A DNA stretch of 32,000 nucleotides from Psychrobacter sp. DM4 (GTDB taxonomy: Bacteria; Pseudomonadota; Gammaproteobacteria; Pseudomonadales; Moraxellaceae): NCBI RefSeq assembly GCF_051307035.1, contig NZ_CP195536.1, forward strand, positions 1,320,001 through 1,352,000, in the 5' to 3' direction. The first letter of the stretch is position 1, and every line of letters starts with the position of its first letter. Shown here piece after piece: positions 1 through 9,617 of this stretch. A model generated the notes under the pieces. It was not told the origin of the DNA and ran no database searches. It worked only from the letters and a program-made list of their open reading frames with translations. Both the position numbers and the translations under genes were made by a program.

Positions 1-2
1 GT

Positions 3-413
3 ACGCTAGTTAAAAGCTTCTCAGGTCAGAATCCACCGCCTCAGCATGACTTTTTGGGTGGACTGCTACCGTGCTACCGCTTATACAAAACCTCAGATGA
101 TCGTTACATGGCAGTGGGTTCATTGGAACTTAAGTTCTGGCAAGGATTGTGTGAGGTTCTAGAGCTATCTGAGCTCAAAGACGCGCATTGGCAGCGCGGT
201 GTGATGCCAAACCTGCCTGCTAGCAAAGAGGCCGCCGCCAAAGTCACTGAAAAGTTTGCCAGTCAACCGCTTGAGTTTTGGCAGCAAGCTTTTAAATTAG
301 CTGATGTTTGCGTCACTCCTGTTTTGAGCTTAGAAGAGGCTAAGGCGCATCCACTATTTGCTCATCAAGACGAGCATGACAGCACGATAGGATGGCAAGA
401 TATTAAGTCATGA
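3..413 (+). CDS. Family III CoA-transferase (CaiB/BaiF, alpha-methylacyl-CoA racemase-like), C-terminal fragment; the 5' end lies outside the window
   Basis: The frame is open from base 3 with no stop before 411-413, so the track's TTG start at 54 is not the real start. The C-terminal sequence (GGLLPCYRLYKTSDDRYMAVGSLELKFWQGLCEVL) resembles the CaiB/BaiF family as I remember it. Confidence 0.6.
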   Translation, partial: TLVKSFSGQNPPPQHDFLGGLLPCYRLYKTSDDRYMAVGSLELKFWQGLCEVLELSELKDAHWQRGVMPNLPASKEAAAKVTEKFASQPLEFWQQAFKLADVCVTPVLSLEEAKAHPLFAHQDEHDSTIGWQDIKS

Positions 414-474
414 TTTTCATGTATAAGTTTTAAAGTTGTTTGTTCCCTAAATCAATTACCAAGGAAGGTAAGTT

Positions 475-2172
475 ATGGATAAGTTTTGGACAGAGAGTTA
501 TCCGACAGGGGTCAATGCCCAGATAGATTTGCCGCACAGTACGGTCATTGATATCGTAGAGGATAAATTGATAGCATTTGCCGATCGAGAGTTTAGTAGC
601 AATATGGGCGTGAGCTACTCTTATGCGCAAATTGACAAAATATCGTTAGCGATTGCCGCTTGGATTCAACACTTAGGGCTGGCCAAAGGCTCAGTCATAG
701 GTATTATGATGCCCAATGTTCATCAGTACTTGCCCATCGTTTTGGGAGTAATACGAGCGGGTATGGTAACGACTTTAATTAATCCATTGTACAGTCCTCG
801 TGAACTAAGATATCAGCTTGTTGATTCTGAAACCACCGCGCTATTCATCCTAGAGCCGTTTTGTAAAACTCTAGAAAAAATCGTTAAAAATACGCCTGTC
901 AAAACGGTAGTCATTAGCAAAATAGGCGACATGCTAGGGACAGCTAAAGGGACACTTGTAAACCTTGCCGCTAACTATGTCAAAAAAGCCATTCCTAGCT
1001 ATGAGCTCAGCTCCAATACCCATCATAGTGTTACCAGCTATAAATCTATGCTAAAGCAAGCCAAAAAATTGACCTATTCTCGGCCTAGCTCAAAGGCTGA
1101 TGACTTGTTGATGCTGCAATATACTGGAGGCACTACAGGTGTTGCTAAGGGGATCTTAATCAACAACAAGAACGTTGTGACCGCGACTTATCAGTTTGGT
1201 GAATGGTTCAAACCTGTTTATGCCGACGTTGGCGACGATATGCAGATGAATACTATAGTTGCGCTACCGCTTTATCATATTTATGCCTTTATCTGCTCGA
1301 TAGTCGGCTTGAGCGTAGGTCAACATCTCACCTTGGTGACCAACCCGCGCGATATCCCCAGCTTTATCAAAATTCTAGCCAAGCGCCCCTTTCATCTGCT
1401 TCCTGGCGTAAATACTCTTTTCCAAGCGTTTTTGATGAACCCTAAATTTAAGGAGCTAGATTTCTCTGAGTGCAAATTAACTCTGGTTGGCGGCATGGCA
1501 GCGACGCCTGAGACTGCCAAGCGCTGGGTTGACGTCACAGGCTTACCTATCCTTGAGGGGTGGGGTATGTCTGAGACGTTGGGAGTCGGTACTGCCAATC
1601 CCTTTGATGGCATGAAGTACAGCGGCAACGTCGGTCTGCCGCTACCTGGAGTCGATATCAGTATTCGAGATGACGAGGGAGAGATTCTCAAATTAGGTGA
1701 AGTCGGTGAGATGTGCATCAAAGGCGATAACGTTATCTCAAGCTATCATAACATTGATAATGATAGCTTTTTCACCGCTGATGGGTACTTAAAGACAGGT
1801 GATATCGCGTCTATGAATGAGCAGGGCGCTATCAAGATATATGACCGCAAAAAAGATATGATCATTGTCAGCGGCTTTAACGTCTATCCCAACGAAGTCG
1901 AAAATGTTATCGAGACCCATCCTAAAGTTGCTGAATGTTCAGTGGTGGGTGTCGTTGATGAGCGTCAAGGCGAGTCCGTAAAGGTGTATGTCGTTAAAGG
2001 AGATCCGAGTTTAAATGAGGGGGATATAAAGGCGCTATGTAAAGAAAATTTAGCAGCTTATAAGTGTCCGCGTCATATCGAGTTTATCGAGGAATTACCC
2101 AAATCTACCGTAGGGAAGATACTGCGTCATAAACTTAGGGCTTCGGCTCATTCGGCAGCGACTTCTAGCTAA
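475..2172 (+). CDS. AMP-dependent acyl-CoA synthetase (long/medium-chain fatty-acid-CoA ligase, FadD-like)
   Basis: 565 aa ORF. An AAGGAAGG ribosome-binding site lies about 6 nt upstream of the ATG. It carries the AMP-binding signature LQYTGGTTGVAKG, plus GWGMSET, YLKTGD and DRKKDMIIVSGFNVYPNEVE motifs. Confidence 0.88.
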   Translation: MDKFWTESYPTGVNAQIDLPHSTVIDIVEDKLIAFADREFSSNMGVSYSYAQIDKISLAIAAWIQHLGLAKGSVIGIMMPNVHQYLPIVLGVIRAGMVTTLINPLYSPRELRYQLVDSETTALFILEPFCKTLEKIVKNTPVKTVVISKIGDMLGTAKGTLVNLAANYVKKAIPSYELSSNTHHSVTSYKSMLKQAKKLTYSRPSSKADDLLMLQYTGGTTGVAKGILINNKNVVTATYQFGEWFKPVYADVGDDMQMNTIVALPLYHIYAFICSIVGLSVGQHLTLVTNPRDIPSFIKILAKRPFHLLPGVNTLFQAFLMNPKFKELDFSECKLTLVGGMAATPETAKRWVDVTGLPILEGWGMSETLGVGTANPFDGMKYSGNVGLPLPGVDISIRDDEGEILKLGEVGEMCIKGDNVISSYHNIDNDSFFTADGYLKTGDIASMNEQGAIKIYDRKKDMIIVSGFNVYPNEVENVIETHPKVAECSVVGVVDERQGESVKVYVVKGDPSLNEGDIKALCKENLAAYKCPRHIEFIEELPKSTVGKILRHKLRASAHSAATSS

Positions 2173-2202
2173 TTTTTAAATAGCTCTGCCTCATAGACGA
2201 AC

Positions 2203-2239
2203 AAAAAAGGACTGAATGAAACATAAGCCCTTTTTTATT
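2203..2239. terminator. Possible weak bidirectional terminator between the convergent acyl-CoA synthetase and TetR genes
   Basis: AAAAAAGG ... CCTTTTTTATT could pair, but the loop is about 18 nt and the stem is AT-rich. This is weak. Confidence 0.3.
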
Positions 2240-2336
2240 GTTGACTATTTAACATATTTTAATCAATGGCGACCCTCTACTGCCAAGAGCATTGCAACTC
2301 AATTCAATGTCGTGACCCTTTGAAGGAAGCTCAAAA

Positions 2337-2380
2337 ACCTTGAACAATAGCACCTTGAACAATAGCACCTTCAATAATTC
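2337..2380. repeat. 15-bp tandem repeat, about 2.9 copies (ACCTTGAACAATAGC x2, then ACCTTCAATAATTC)
   Basis: Read directly from the sequence. Copies are at 2337-2351 and 2352-2366, with a degenerate third at 2367-2380. The array abuts the TetR stop codon (2379-2381). Confidence 0.9.
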
Positions 2381-3098
2381 ATTTGGTGTGAGATAACTCA
2401 GGCTTGGAGATTGAACGCCATAACATGTTGAACAGAGCATCAAAGTTCTCATTCAATGGTACTTTTGCTTGACGAACGGTGTGCATAATACCTAGACGAC
2501 TGATAAATCCCATAAACACATCAAATAGAATGAAAAGCGGCACTGTATCGACGAGTACGCCGCGCTTTTGGCCATCCTCTAGTACACTCAAAAACGCATC
2601 AATGAGCTCTTTGTTCTTGTAGATAGCGATATTATGAAAACGCGCAATTGATACCTTAGATAGTACCATCACCGCATCAGGCTGAGTATCTACAAAATCT
2701 AAGCATACCCACAAGGTCTTGCGCAATCGATCCTCTACACTATCGATACCTTGCAGGTGATCCATCATTCTGGCCGCAAGCCTCACTAGTACCATATCCA
2801 TAATGGTATACAGTACGGTTTGCTTATCACCAAAATACTTATAGAGCGTTTGTAGTGACACGTTTGCGGTGTTTGCAATCTCTATCATAGTAATATCACT
2901 AACATCACTATCAGCAAAAAGTTGGCGCACAGCCTTCTCTATTTTGTCCAAAGTAGCAGGACGCATCTCACTTAACGGCGTGACGGTTACAGGTTGAATT
3001 TGAGTATCTGACTTAGGTGTCATGTTCTTATTTTTACAACCTTTTTTGCTGGTGCTCGTATTTGAGCTCAGCTGAGGTTTTGAATGTGAGGATGTCAT
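2379..3098 (-). CDS. TetR/AcrR-family transcriptional regulator
   Basis: 239 aa. The N-terminal HTH region is ITMIEIANTANVSLQTLYKYFGDKQ. It is divergent from the acyl-CoA dehydrogenase gene. The S/T/K-rich first 25 aa make the start uncertain; an alternative ATG is at 3023. Confidence 0.8.
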   Translation of the reverse strand: MTSSHSKPQLSSNTSTSKKGCKNKNMTPKSDTQIQPVTVTPLSEMRPATLDKIEKAVRQLFADSDVSDITMIEIANTANVSLQTLYKYFGDKQTVLYTIMDMVLVRLAARMMDHLQGIDSVEDRLRKTLWVCLDFVDTQPDAVMVLSKVSIARFHNIAIYKNKELIDAFLSVLEDGQKRGVLVDTVPLFILFDVFMGFISRLGIMHTVRQAKVPLNENFDALFNMLWRSISKPELSHTK

Positions 3099-3166
3099 AT
3101 TTTATTTTCCATTCATAAGATTCGCCTTTAAACCGTTAGGTTTTGAGCTTGTTATATACGATAATT

Positions 3167-3182
3167 ATAATTACCATTATAA
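3167..3182. promoter_or_regulatory. Candidate TetR operator, copy 1 (ATAATTACCATTATAA)
   Basis: This 16-mer recurs perfectly as its reverse complement at 3263-3278. It contains TATAAT-N4-ATTATA dyad symmetry. It lies in the TetR/acyl-CoA dehydrogenase divergent intergenic region. Confidence 0.45.
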
Positions 3183-3262
3183 TATAAATTATTGCTAATA
3201 ATAAGCTATTTTTATACAATAATATGATGTGATCTAGACAATACAATAGATGGAATCATGGG

Positions 3263-3278
3263 TTATAATGGTAATTAT
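3263..3278. promoter_or_regulatory. Candidate TetR operator, copy 2 (TTATAATGGTAATTAT)
   Basis: It is the perfect reverse complement of 3167-3182, with 80 bp between the two copies. Confidence 0.45.
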
Positions 3279-3419
3279 TATTACTATGAGTTGTCTTTTG
3301 AATAATAAGGGTTAGTGTTTGCTCATAGATGGCATTTAAGTCTAGTACGCTTATCACTAGCGTGAAACGTGTTTTACATCCCAATACCTATTTAGATTTA
3401 TACTACTAAGGATTACCCT

Positions 3420-4571
3420 ATGACGATCAACTGCTTTAAACCTAGCTGGATGAACGAAGAGATTGAGATGTTGCATGAGAGTGCGCTCAAGCTGTTTAAG
3501 AGTTGGGAGCAACACGATGAAAAATGGCGTGACGATGGCATGCTTGACCGCGAAGCGTGGTTAGAGGCGGGCGAGATGGGTTTTTTATGTGCTTCAATGC
3601 CAGAGGAGTATGGCGGGGCTGGTGGTGATTTTCGTCACGAAACAGCGCTCATTTATGCGCAATCTGAAGCTAACATGTCAGGCTTTGGTGGGTTTTTGCA
3701 TTCTGGTATTGTCGCGCCTTATATTCTTCATCATGGCACAGACGAGCAAAAGCAAAAGTGGCTACCGAAAATGGCATCAGGTGACATGATCGGCGCGATT
3801 GCTATGACTGAGCCTGGTACAGGATCAGATTTGCAAAATATTAAGACCTATGCGGTAAAAGAGGGTGACGACTACATTATCAATGGTTCAAAGACTTTTA
3901 TAACGAATGGTCAGTTAGGCAATTTAATTATTGTCGCTTGTAAGACTGATAGAGAGCAAGGCGCAAAAGGCGTCTCATTAATCGTCGTCGAAACTGATAA
4001 TTCTCCAGGGTTTGAGCGCGGCAAGAAGCTCAAAAAGCTCGGCATGGCGTCGCAAGACACCTCAGAGCTGTTTTTTAGTAATATGCGTGTGCCACAAAAG
4101 AATCTCTTGGGTACGGTTGAAGGGATGGGATTTGCACAGCTCATGCAAGAGCTGCCACAAGAGCGTTTGATTGTTGCCTTAGCAGGCATTGGCGCTATGA
4201 AATTAGCGCTGGATTTAACTATTACTTACACCAAAGAGCGTACTGCTTTTGGCAAGCCAGTTTGGAGCTTTCAGAACACTCGATTCAAACTTGCTGAATG
4301 TAATAGTCATTACATTGCATCTAGCGCATTGTGCGATGCCGCTATCGAATCACTCTTGAAAAAGGAACTTACCGTTCAACATGCGGCTCTAATCAAATAT
4401 TGGGTTACCGAAAAGCAGTGCATCGTTATGGATGAATGCGTGCAATTATTCGGCGGCTATGGCTATATGATGGAATATCCAATAGCTCGCTTGTATGCTG
4501 ATGCACGAGTACAAAAAATCTATGGTGGTACCAATGAAATTATGAAGGAATTAGCATCACGCTTTATGTAA
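3420..4571 (+). CDS. Acyl-CoA dehydrogenase
   Basis: 383 aa. Motifs seen are AMTEPGTGSD, FITNG, and C-terminal GGYGYMMEYPIARLYADARVQKIYGGTNEIM. An AAGGA ribosome-binding site precedes the ATG. Confidence 0.9.
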   Translation: MTINCFKPSWMNEEIEMLHESALKLFKSWEQHDEKWRDDGMLDREAWLEAGEMGFLCASMPEEYGGAGGDFRHETALIYAQSEANMSGFGGFLHSGIVAPYILHHGTDEQKQKWLPKMASGDMIGAIAMTEPGTGSDLQNIKTYAVKEGDDYIINGSKTFITNGQLGNLIIVACKTDREQGAKGVSLIVVETDNSPGFERGKKLKKLGMASQDTSELFFSNMRVPQKNLLGTVEGMGFAQLMQELPQERLIVALAGIGAMKLALDLTITYTKERTAFGKPVWSFQNTRFKLAECNSHYIASSALCDAAIESLLKKELTVQHAALIKYWVTEKQCIVMDECVQLFGGYGYMMEYPIARLYADARVQKIYGGTNEIMKELASRFM

Positions 4572-4713
4572 TTCTTATTTGGCAAAATTATCTTATATAA
4601 TATAGTCAATTAAGACGGCTAAGATAGGTCTGTTATGCATTGCACGGGCGATTAAATCGTTGTTCGAGTTTATCTGTCAGGTGACAGCTTTATTAAATAG
4701 CGATCAACATTTA

Positions 4714-5598
4714 TTATAATGTTCTTAATTGCTCAATGAGCCAACGGTGGATGCCGCTGTCATTGGTACGTGGATGCCAAGCGGCTATTACCTTAAAAGT
4801 GGGCGGTAAGGCCTCTACGTCAAGCTCTTTAACCTTATTGTTTGGTAGTAGTCGCGCAGGATAAAAAGCAATCATATCGGTGGTATATAGAATATCTGGC
4901 ACGGCTGAAAAGCTAGGCACTGACATCACGATGTTTCGCTTAAGGCCTTTTTCGGCGAACCATTGATCATGGGATCCACGTAAGTTGGCACGCGAAGGCG
5001 ATACCACCAGCTGCGGCTGTGCGGCAATTTGTGTCAGTGTTAATGCCTCTGTTGCAACGGTATTTTCACAACCAGTAATGCATAAATGTTGTTCATTAAG
5101 CAGCGTCACATACGATAAATTATTAGGAATAAATTCGGGAAAGGTAATAAGCAGATCAAGTTCACCTGCTGCAATTAGCTGATTGATGTTATCTGAAGCA
5201 AAGTCGCGCACTATTAACCTTAAATCAGGCGCTTCACGGCGCGTTATATGAAATAATTGTGGTAATAATGCCTGCGTCGCATAATCGGTCGCACTAATCG
5301 TAAACACACCCTTATAGGTTTGCGGTGTAAACACCTCCGGCTCTAATAACACTTCTAACTGTTTTAATATATCGTCAATCGGTTGCCGCATCGACAGTGC
5401 TTTTGGTGTTGCTACCATGCTATTGCCTTGACGGATAAACAAACGATCATCAAACAAGTCCCGTAGCTTACGCAACTGCTCACTGATCGCCTGTTGCGTC
5501 AGTCCCATTTTGCGCGCAACTTTTGAGAGATTCTTTAGATCAAGCAATGCCTGTAGCACTCTAAGCTGCTTGATATCAAGCTGGTTCATACCATTCAT
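4714..5598 (-). CDS. LysR-family transcriptional regulator
   Basis: 294 aa. The N-terminal HTH is LDIKQLRVLQALLDLKNLSKVARKMGLTQQAISEQLRKLR, followed by a typical LysR substrate-binding body. It is divergent from the OYE (Old Yellow Enzyme) gene. Confidence 0.85.
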   Translation of the reverse strand: MNGMNQLDIKQLRVLQALLDLKNLSKVARKMGLTQQAISEQLRKLRDLFDDRLFIRQGNSMVATPKALSMRQPIDDILKQLEVLLEPEVFTPQTYKGVFTISATDYATQALLPQLFHITRREAPDLRLIVRDFASDNINQLIAAGELDLLITFPEFIPNNLSYVTLLNEQHLCITGCENTVATEALTLTQIAAQPQLVVSPSRANLRGSHDQWFAEKGLKRNIVMSVPSFSAVPDILYTTDMIAFYPARLLPNNKVKELDVEALPPTFKVIAAWHPRTNDSGIHRWLIEQLRTL

Positions 5599-5761
5599 AA
5601 TCTATACCATTAATAATTGTATCTTAAACAAGAAAAGGTTGTTTCTAATTGTACCTATAAGACTCTATGCTGACCAACATTGCTTAAGCAGCCCATTGAA
5701 TCTAAAAACAGATTCAGTGGCTCAAAAATAAGCCTATCCGTTTGCTTTAAAAGAGAGTGTT

Positions 5762-6910
5762 ATGAAACAACCTATCCCAACTATGACAAATACCAGTCCC
5801 TTATTCTCCTCTGTAGAACTTGGACCTTATACGCTTAAAAACCGTATCGTGATGCCACCATTGACGCGCTCTCGTAGTACGCAACCTGACAATATCCCTA
5901 ACGATCTAATGGCAAGCTATTATGCACAGCGCGCCTCGGCAGGTTTTATGGTGACCGAAGGTACACAGATTGAGCCAAGAGGCCAAGGTTACGCATGGAC
6001 GCCAGGAATTTATTCACCAGCGCAAATTGAAGGCTGGAAAAAAGTCACACAGGCGGTACATGCTAAAGGAGGTATTATTTTCGGGCAGCTATGGCATGTT
6101 GGTCGTGTGTCTCATACCAGCTTGCAACCAAACCAAGCTCGGCCTATCGCTCCATCTGCTATCACTGCCACTAACGTCAAAGTATTTATTGAAACCGGTC
6201 CAGGCGAAGGCGCTTTAGCCGATCCAAGTGAGCCACGCGCACTCAGTACAGAAGAGGTGGGCGAGTTGGTCGCTATGTATGCAATAGCCGCACGCAACGC
6301 GCTAGAAGCTGGGTTTGATGGGGTAGAGCTACACTGTGCCAATGGTTATCTAGTGAATCAATTCATCTCTGAGCATAGTAATACACGCAATGATCAGTAT
6401 GGTGGTTCGCTGGCTAATCGTCTGCGTTTCTTACAAGAAGTGGTCTCTGCCGTCAGCGAGGTGGTCGGTGCCGATCGTTTAGGCGTACGTTTTGCGCCAC
6501 TATTTGCGAGTACCGATGAGACTCGTGTGTATTTAGGATTGGTAGAGTCAGACCCTCACCATACTTATATTGAAGCGATTAAAGTACTTGAACAAGCGGG
6601 TATTGCTTACTTATCTATTGCAGAGGCTGATTGGGACAATGCACCTGATTTACCAGAGCCTTTTTATCAAGCAGTCAGAGCTGAGTTTTCAGGACGTATT
6701 ATCTATGCGGGTAAATACACGGTGCAAAAGTCGGTCGATATATTATCTAAAGGTTATGGGGATCTATTTGCTTTTGGTCGTCCTTTTATTGCTAATCCCG
6801 ATTTACCTGAACGCATAGCCAATCATTGGCCACTCAATGAGGTGGATGCTACCACGATGTATGGTGGCACTGACATTGGCTATAGTGACTACCCCTATTA
6901 CCAAAAATAA
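5762..6910 (+). CDS. Old-Yellow-Enzyme family NAD(P)H:flavin oxidoreductase (alkene / N-ethylmaleimide reductase-like)
   Basis: 382 aa. Motifs seen are LKNRIVMPPLTRSR, QLWHVGR, GFDGVELHCANGYLVNQFIS, NTRNDQYGGS and FGRPFIANPDLPER. Confidence 0.88.
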   Translation: MKQPIPTMTNTSPLFSSVELGPYTLKNRIVMPPLTRSRSTQPDNIPNDLMASYYAQRASAGFMVTEGTQIEPRGQGYAWTPGIYSPAQIEGWKKVTQAVHAKGGIIFGQLWHVGRVSHTSLQPNQARPIAPSAITATNVKVFIETGPGEGALADPSEPRALSTEEVGELVAMYAIAARNALEAGFDGVELHCANGYLVNQFISEHSNTRNDQYGGSLANRLRFLQEVVSAVSEVVGADRLGVRFAPLFASTDETRVYLGLVESDPHHTYIEAIKVLEQAGIAYLSIAEADWDNAPDLPEPFYQAVRAEFSGRIIYAGKYTVQKSVDILSKGYGDLFAFGRPFIANPDLPERIANHWPLNEVDATTMYGGTDIGYSDYPYYQK

Positions 6911-6919
6911 ATCAGTGAA

Positions 6920-6947
6920 TTAAGACCGTTCGCGGTCTTAATTTTTT
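6920..6947 (+). terminator. Rho-independent terminator after the OYE gene
   Basis: TTAAGACCG-TTCG-CGGTCTTAA forms a perfect 9-bp stem with a tetraloop, followed by TTTTTT. It begins 10 nt after the stop codon. Confidence 0.85.
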
Positions 6948-6989
6948 ACTTATGAATTTAAGTTTTTCTTTATAAGGTGACATCACGTA

Positions 6990-7220
6990 ATGAGTAAGAA
7001 TCTTGAAGACAGACTGATACGCATATTAGTAGGGTATGTCGGCCTTTATCCGACTTTGTTAATCGTGCTAACGTTATTAAAACCTATAACCTACGACTTG
7101 AGTCTGCCAGTAGTAGTACTTATCGAGACAATAATACTCGTTCCGCTGACACAAATGATCTCATTCCCACTAGCAGGCTGGCTTATTAAGCGTTTAAGAA
7201 AAGAGGAGAGGAGGTCTTAG
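6990..7220 (+). CDS. Hypothetical small membrane protein (76 aa, two predicted TM segments)
   Basis: An AAGGTG ribosome-binding site lies about 10 nt upstream of the ATG. There are two hydrophobic stretches and a basic C-terminus (KRLRKEERRS). I recognise no family. Confidence 0.35.
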   Translation: MSKNLEDRLIRILVGYVGLYPTLLIVLTLLKPITYDLSLPVVVLIETIILVPLTQMISFPLAGWLIKRLRKEERRS

Positions 7221-7276
7221 GTCGCTATTTAAATCATAATGTTTTCATTGCTTGGATGAACATACCAAACGCACCG

Positions 7277-7954
7277 CTAACTCAACAGTACAGCACACAA
7301 TCCAAAACCAGCGATAACGCGTTGCACAATTAGGCTATCTTGCAAGTGATGGTTCAAATAAATGGCAACGCCTTTACCGATAGTATATAGACCAAGCATA
7401 GCAATGATCATACCAGTAAAGAAACCAGCGGTATAACTGCTTGCCGGAATTTCAATAGCATGTGCAGCCCCATGGAACGTCGCGAGCGCACCAAAACCAA
7501 TGATGGCTAAGTTATGCCATGTTTTAACGGATGCTTTGTTGCTTTGATTCAATGAGTTATTAAAGTATCGGCTCATAAGGGCTGTGGTGAGTGCGACGAT
7601 AGAGAATAGAATACCGTATTCGATGAACATAGGGTTCAAGCTCACACTCAAGCTCAGTGCAAATCCCACTACCAAACCAACCCCTAATGAGGCAAAGCCT
7701 TTTTTGAAGCTGTGCATTTGAGTCAATAGCATGCCCATACCGAGTGCTAGCATGAGGTGATCAAGCCCCGTCAAAGGGTGCGTTATGCCAGACAATATTG
7801 AACTTATAAATGCGGCATCTGTCGCTAGTAGGTCGTGCCCAGAATGAGAAAATGCCAGTGTCGGTAGCAATGACAGTAGTGCCAAGCCACTGATGATTAC
7901 TGTTTTGCTAGTGAGGTTTTTAGAGGCTATAGATTGTGATGCTTTTGTGCTCAT
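7277..7954 (-). CDS. ureJ: HupE/UreJ-family nickel transporter (urease accessory membrane protein)
   Basis: 225 aa polytopic membrane protein. A signal-like N-terminus ends ...AFSHSGH, followed by the HupE/UreJ-type motif GITHPLTGLDHLMLAL. It is the last gene of the ure cluster. Confidence 0.75.
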   Translation of the reverse strand: MSTKASQSIASKNLTSKTVIISGLALLSLLPTLAFSHSGHDLLATDAAFISSILSGITHPLTGLDHLMLALGMGMLLTQMHSFKKGFASLGVGLVVGFALSLSVSLNPMFIEYGILFSIVALTTALMSRYFNNSLNQSNKASVKTWHNLAIIGFGALATFHGAAHAIEIPASSYTAGFFTGMIIAMLGLYTIGKGVAIYLNHHLQDSLIVQRVIAGFGLCAVLLS

Positions 7955-8082
7955 AATAATACATCCTTAATAAGTCAACAAATCGATATACTCACGATCT
8001 GCTGCGCCGTTTATCAGTGGATAAAATAGTTATTGACGCCATAGAATATGTGGCTTTAAGAGATAACAATACAGGTAGCTTC

Positions 8083-8736
8083 TTACGCCGCACTTATCAT
8101 GCCTTTATCAAGAATAAAGGCCACAATATCATCCAGACCGTCGCCTGTTTTCATGTTACTAAAGACCACAGGCTTATCACCGCGCATTTTTTTGGCGTCA
8201 TGTGCCATAACCTCTAGTGACGCGCCAACTAAAGGGGCAAGATCGGTTTTATTGATAATGAGTAAGTCCGATTTCATAATGCCAGGCCCGCCTTTACGAG
8301 GGATTTTATCGCCTGCTGAGACGTCAATGACATAAAGTGTTAAGTCGGATAATTCAGGGCTAAAGGTAGCGGCCAAATTATCACCGCCAGATTCAATAAT
8401 AATAAGCTCAAGACCTGCAAATTGTTGCTGTAATTCAGCGATGGCAGCGAGATTAATTGAGGCATCTTCACGAATAGCAGTATGCGGGCAGCCGCCTGTT
8501 TCGACACCGCGAATACGCTCGGCTGGCATCGCCTCATGACGGGTCAAGAACTCAGAGTCCTCTTTGGTATAAATATCATTGGTCACTACGGCCATATTGA
8601 CGCTATCACGTAAGCGCTGACATAATCTGAGGGTTAATGCTGTTTTACCTGAACCAACAGGACCGCCAATACCTAAGCGTAGGGGTGATAGTGTCGTGTC
8701 TAAAGGGGTGTTTTCGACCTTGGGTGTTAGTGCCAT
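8083..8736 (-). CDS. ureG: Urease accessory GTPase UreG
   Basis: 217 aa. It has the P-loop GPVGSGKT, the CPH motif ([11 protein letters not shown]), ESGGDNL and NKTDL. A GAGGA ribosome-binding site is present. Confidence 0.95.
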   Translation of the reverse strand: MALTPKVENTPLDTTLSPLRLGIGGPVGSGKTALTLRLCQRLRDSVNMAVVTNDIYTKEDSEFLTRHEAMPAERIRGVETGGCPHTAIREDASINLAAIAELQQQFAGLELIIIESGGDNLAATFSPELSDLTLYVIDVSAGDKIPRKGGPGIMKSDLLIINKTDLAPLVGASLEVMAHDAKKMRGDKPVVFSNMKTGDGLDDIVAFILDKGMISAA

Positions 8737-8816
8737 AAATAAATATCCTCGATAAGGGTTATTAAATAACGGTAGTTCAATAAGTATTGTTCAATAGAAG
8801 TTAGGTGTGTCAGTGT

Positions 8817-9617
8817 TTAAGAGCGAAATAATCGGCTGTATTGCTTTTCATGCTGACAAGAGAGTATCGCTAAATTTGGTAAATTCGCGGACATATGTAG
8901 CTGCTGATAAAGTAGATTTAGCTTTATGTTGACTTCCACAGACGTATCCTGAAGGTGCAAAAAGCTTTGCTTGACGCGGGTCGCTAGCGGATATACTTGC
9001 GTGCTTAACAACTGCTGTAATTGCCAAATAACTCGCTGTCCTGCCATTTGCCCAAGCGGTACGGTTTTGACCGCTGCCAGTACCATATTTTCTATTTGAC
9101 CAAAAGCATAGGTGGTCATCGCTTGCTCAGGCTTAAATTGCCAATGCGCGCTAATATGGGCAAACAGTGGCAAAAAGCCGTGGGCAAGCAAGCTATCAGG
9201 TACATCAAGCTTAAGTACCTCATCAAGCCATGCGGATAAGGATAGTGCTAATTGGCTCGACTCATAGACGAACTCTTTACTCTCACGGCTGGCGTGATAA
9301 TCCTTGCCTAATGCCTCAGCCAGCGCGATGTCGTCAATCATTAGGGTTTCAATCATAAGCGCCAATAGCGGAAGCTCGTAACGACACAGTGCCAGCTCTA
9401 GATAGTCACTCATGAATACTAAGCAACTGTTTTCATCATGAATGAGCCCTGACTCAATAGCGGACTCTATACCTTGTGAGTAGGTATAACTACCAATAGG
9501 CAAGTTGCTTGATGCTAGCATCAATAAACGTCCGGTTACCTCTGCATCGTTATTAGCATCATTCATAGCGTGTGTGGTACGGTCAGGCTGCTGAGAGTGC
9601 GTGTCAGGCTTAATCAT
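8817..9617 (-). CDS. ureF: Urease accessory protein UreF
   Basis: It has a UreF-like body (LLMLASSNLPIGSYTYSQGIE...). The track ORF reaches 9749 but overlaps ureE. An ATG at 9617 overlaps the ureE stop (ATGATTAA). An ATG at 9566 is an equally possible start. Confidence 0.8.
   Translation of the reverse strand: MIKPDTHSQQPDRTTHAMNDANNDAEVTGRLLMLASSNLPIGSYTYSQGIESAIESGLIHDENSCLVFMSDYLELALCRYELPLLALMIETLMIDDIALAEALGKDYHASRESKEFVYESSQLALSLSAWLDEVLKLDVPDSLLAHGFLPLFAHISAHWQFKPEQAMTTYAFGQIENMVLAAVKTVPLGQMAGQRVIWQLQQLLSTQVYPLATRVKQSFLHLQDTSVEVNIKLNLLYQQLHMSANLPNLAILSCQHEKQYSRLFRS

Noticed and set aside
2249-2452. The 67-aa ORF containing KVLLFKVLLFKV
   Set aside because: The repetitive peptide is just the translation of the 15-bp tandem repeat. 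The ORF overlaps the 3' end of the TetR gene and has no ribosome-binding site.
4674-4687. CTGTCA-GG-TGACAG palindrome between the convergent acyl-CoA dehydrogenase and LysR genes as a terminator
   Set aside because: The stem is only 6 bp, the loop is 2 nt, and the following T-tract (CTTTATT) is poor. This is too weak to call.
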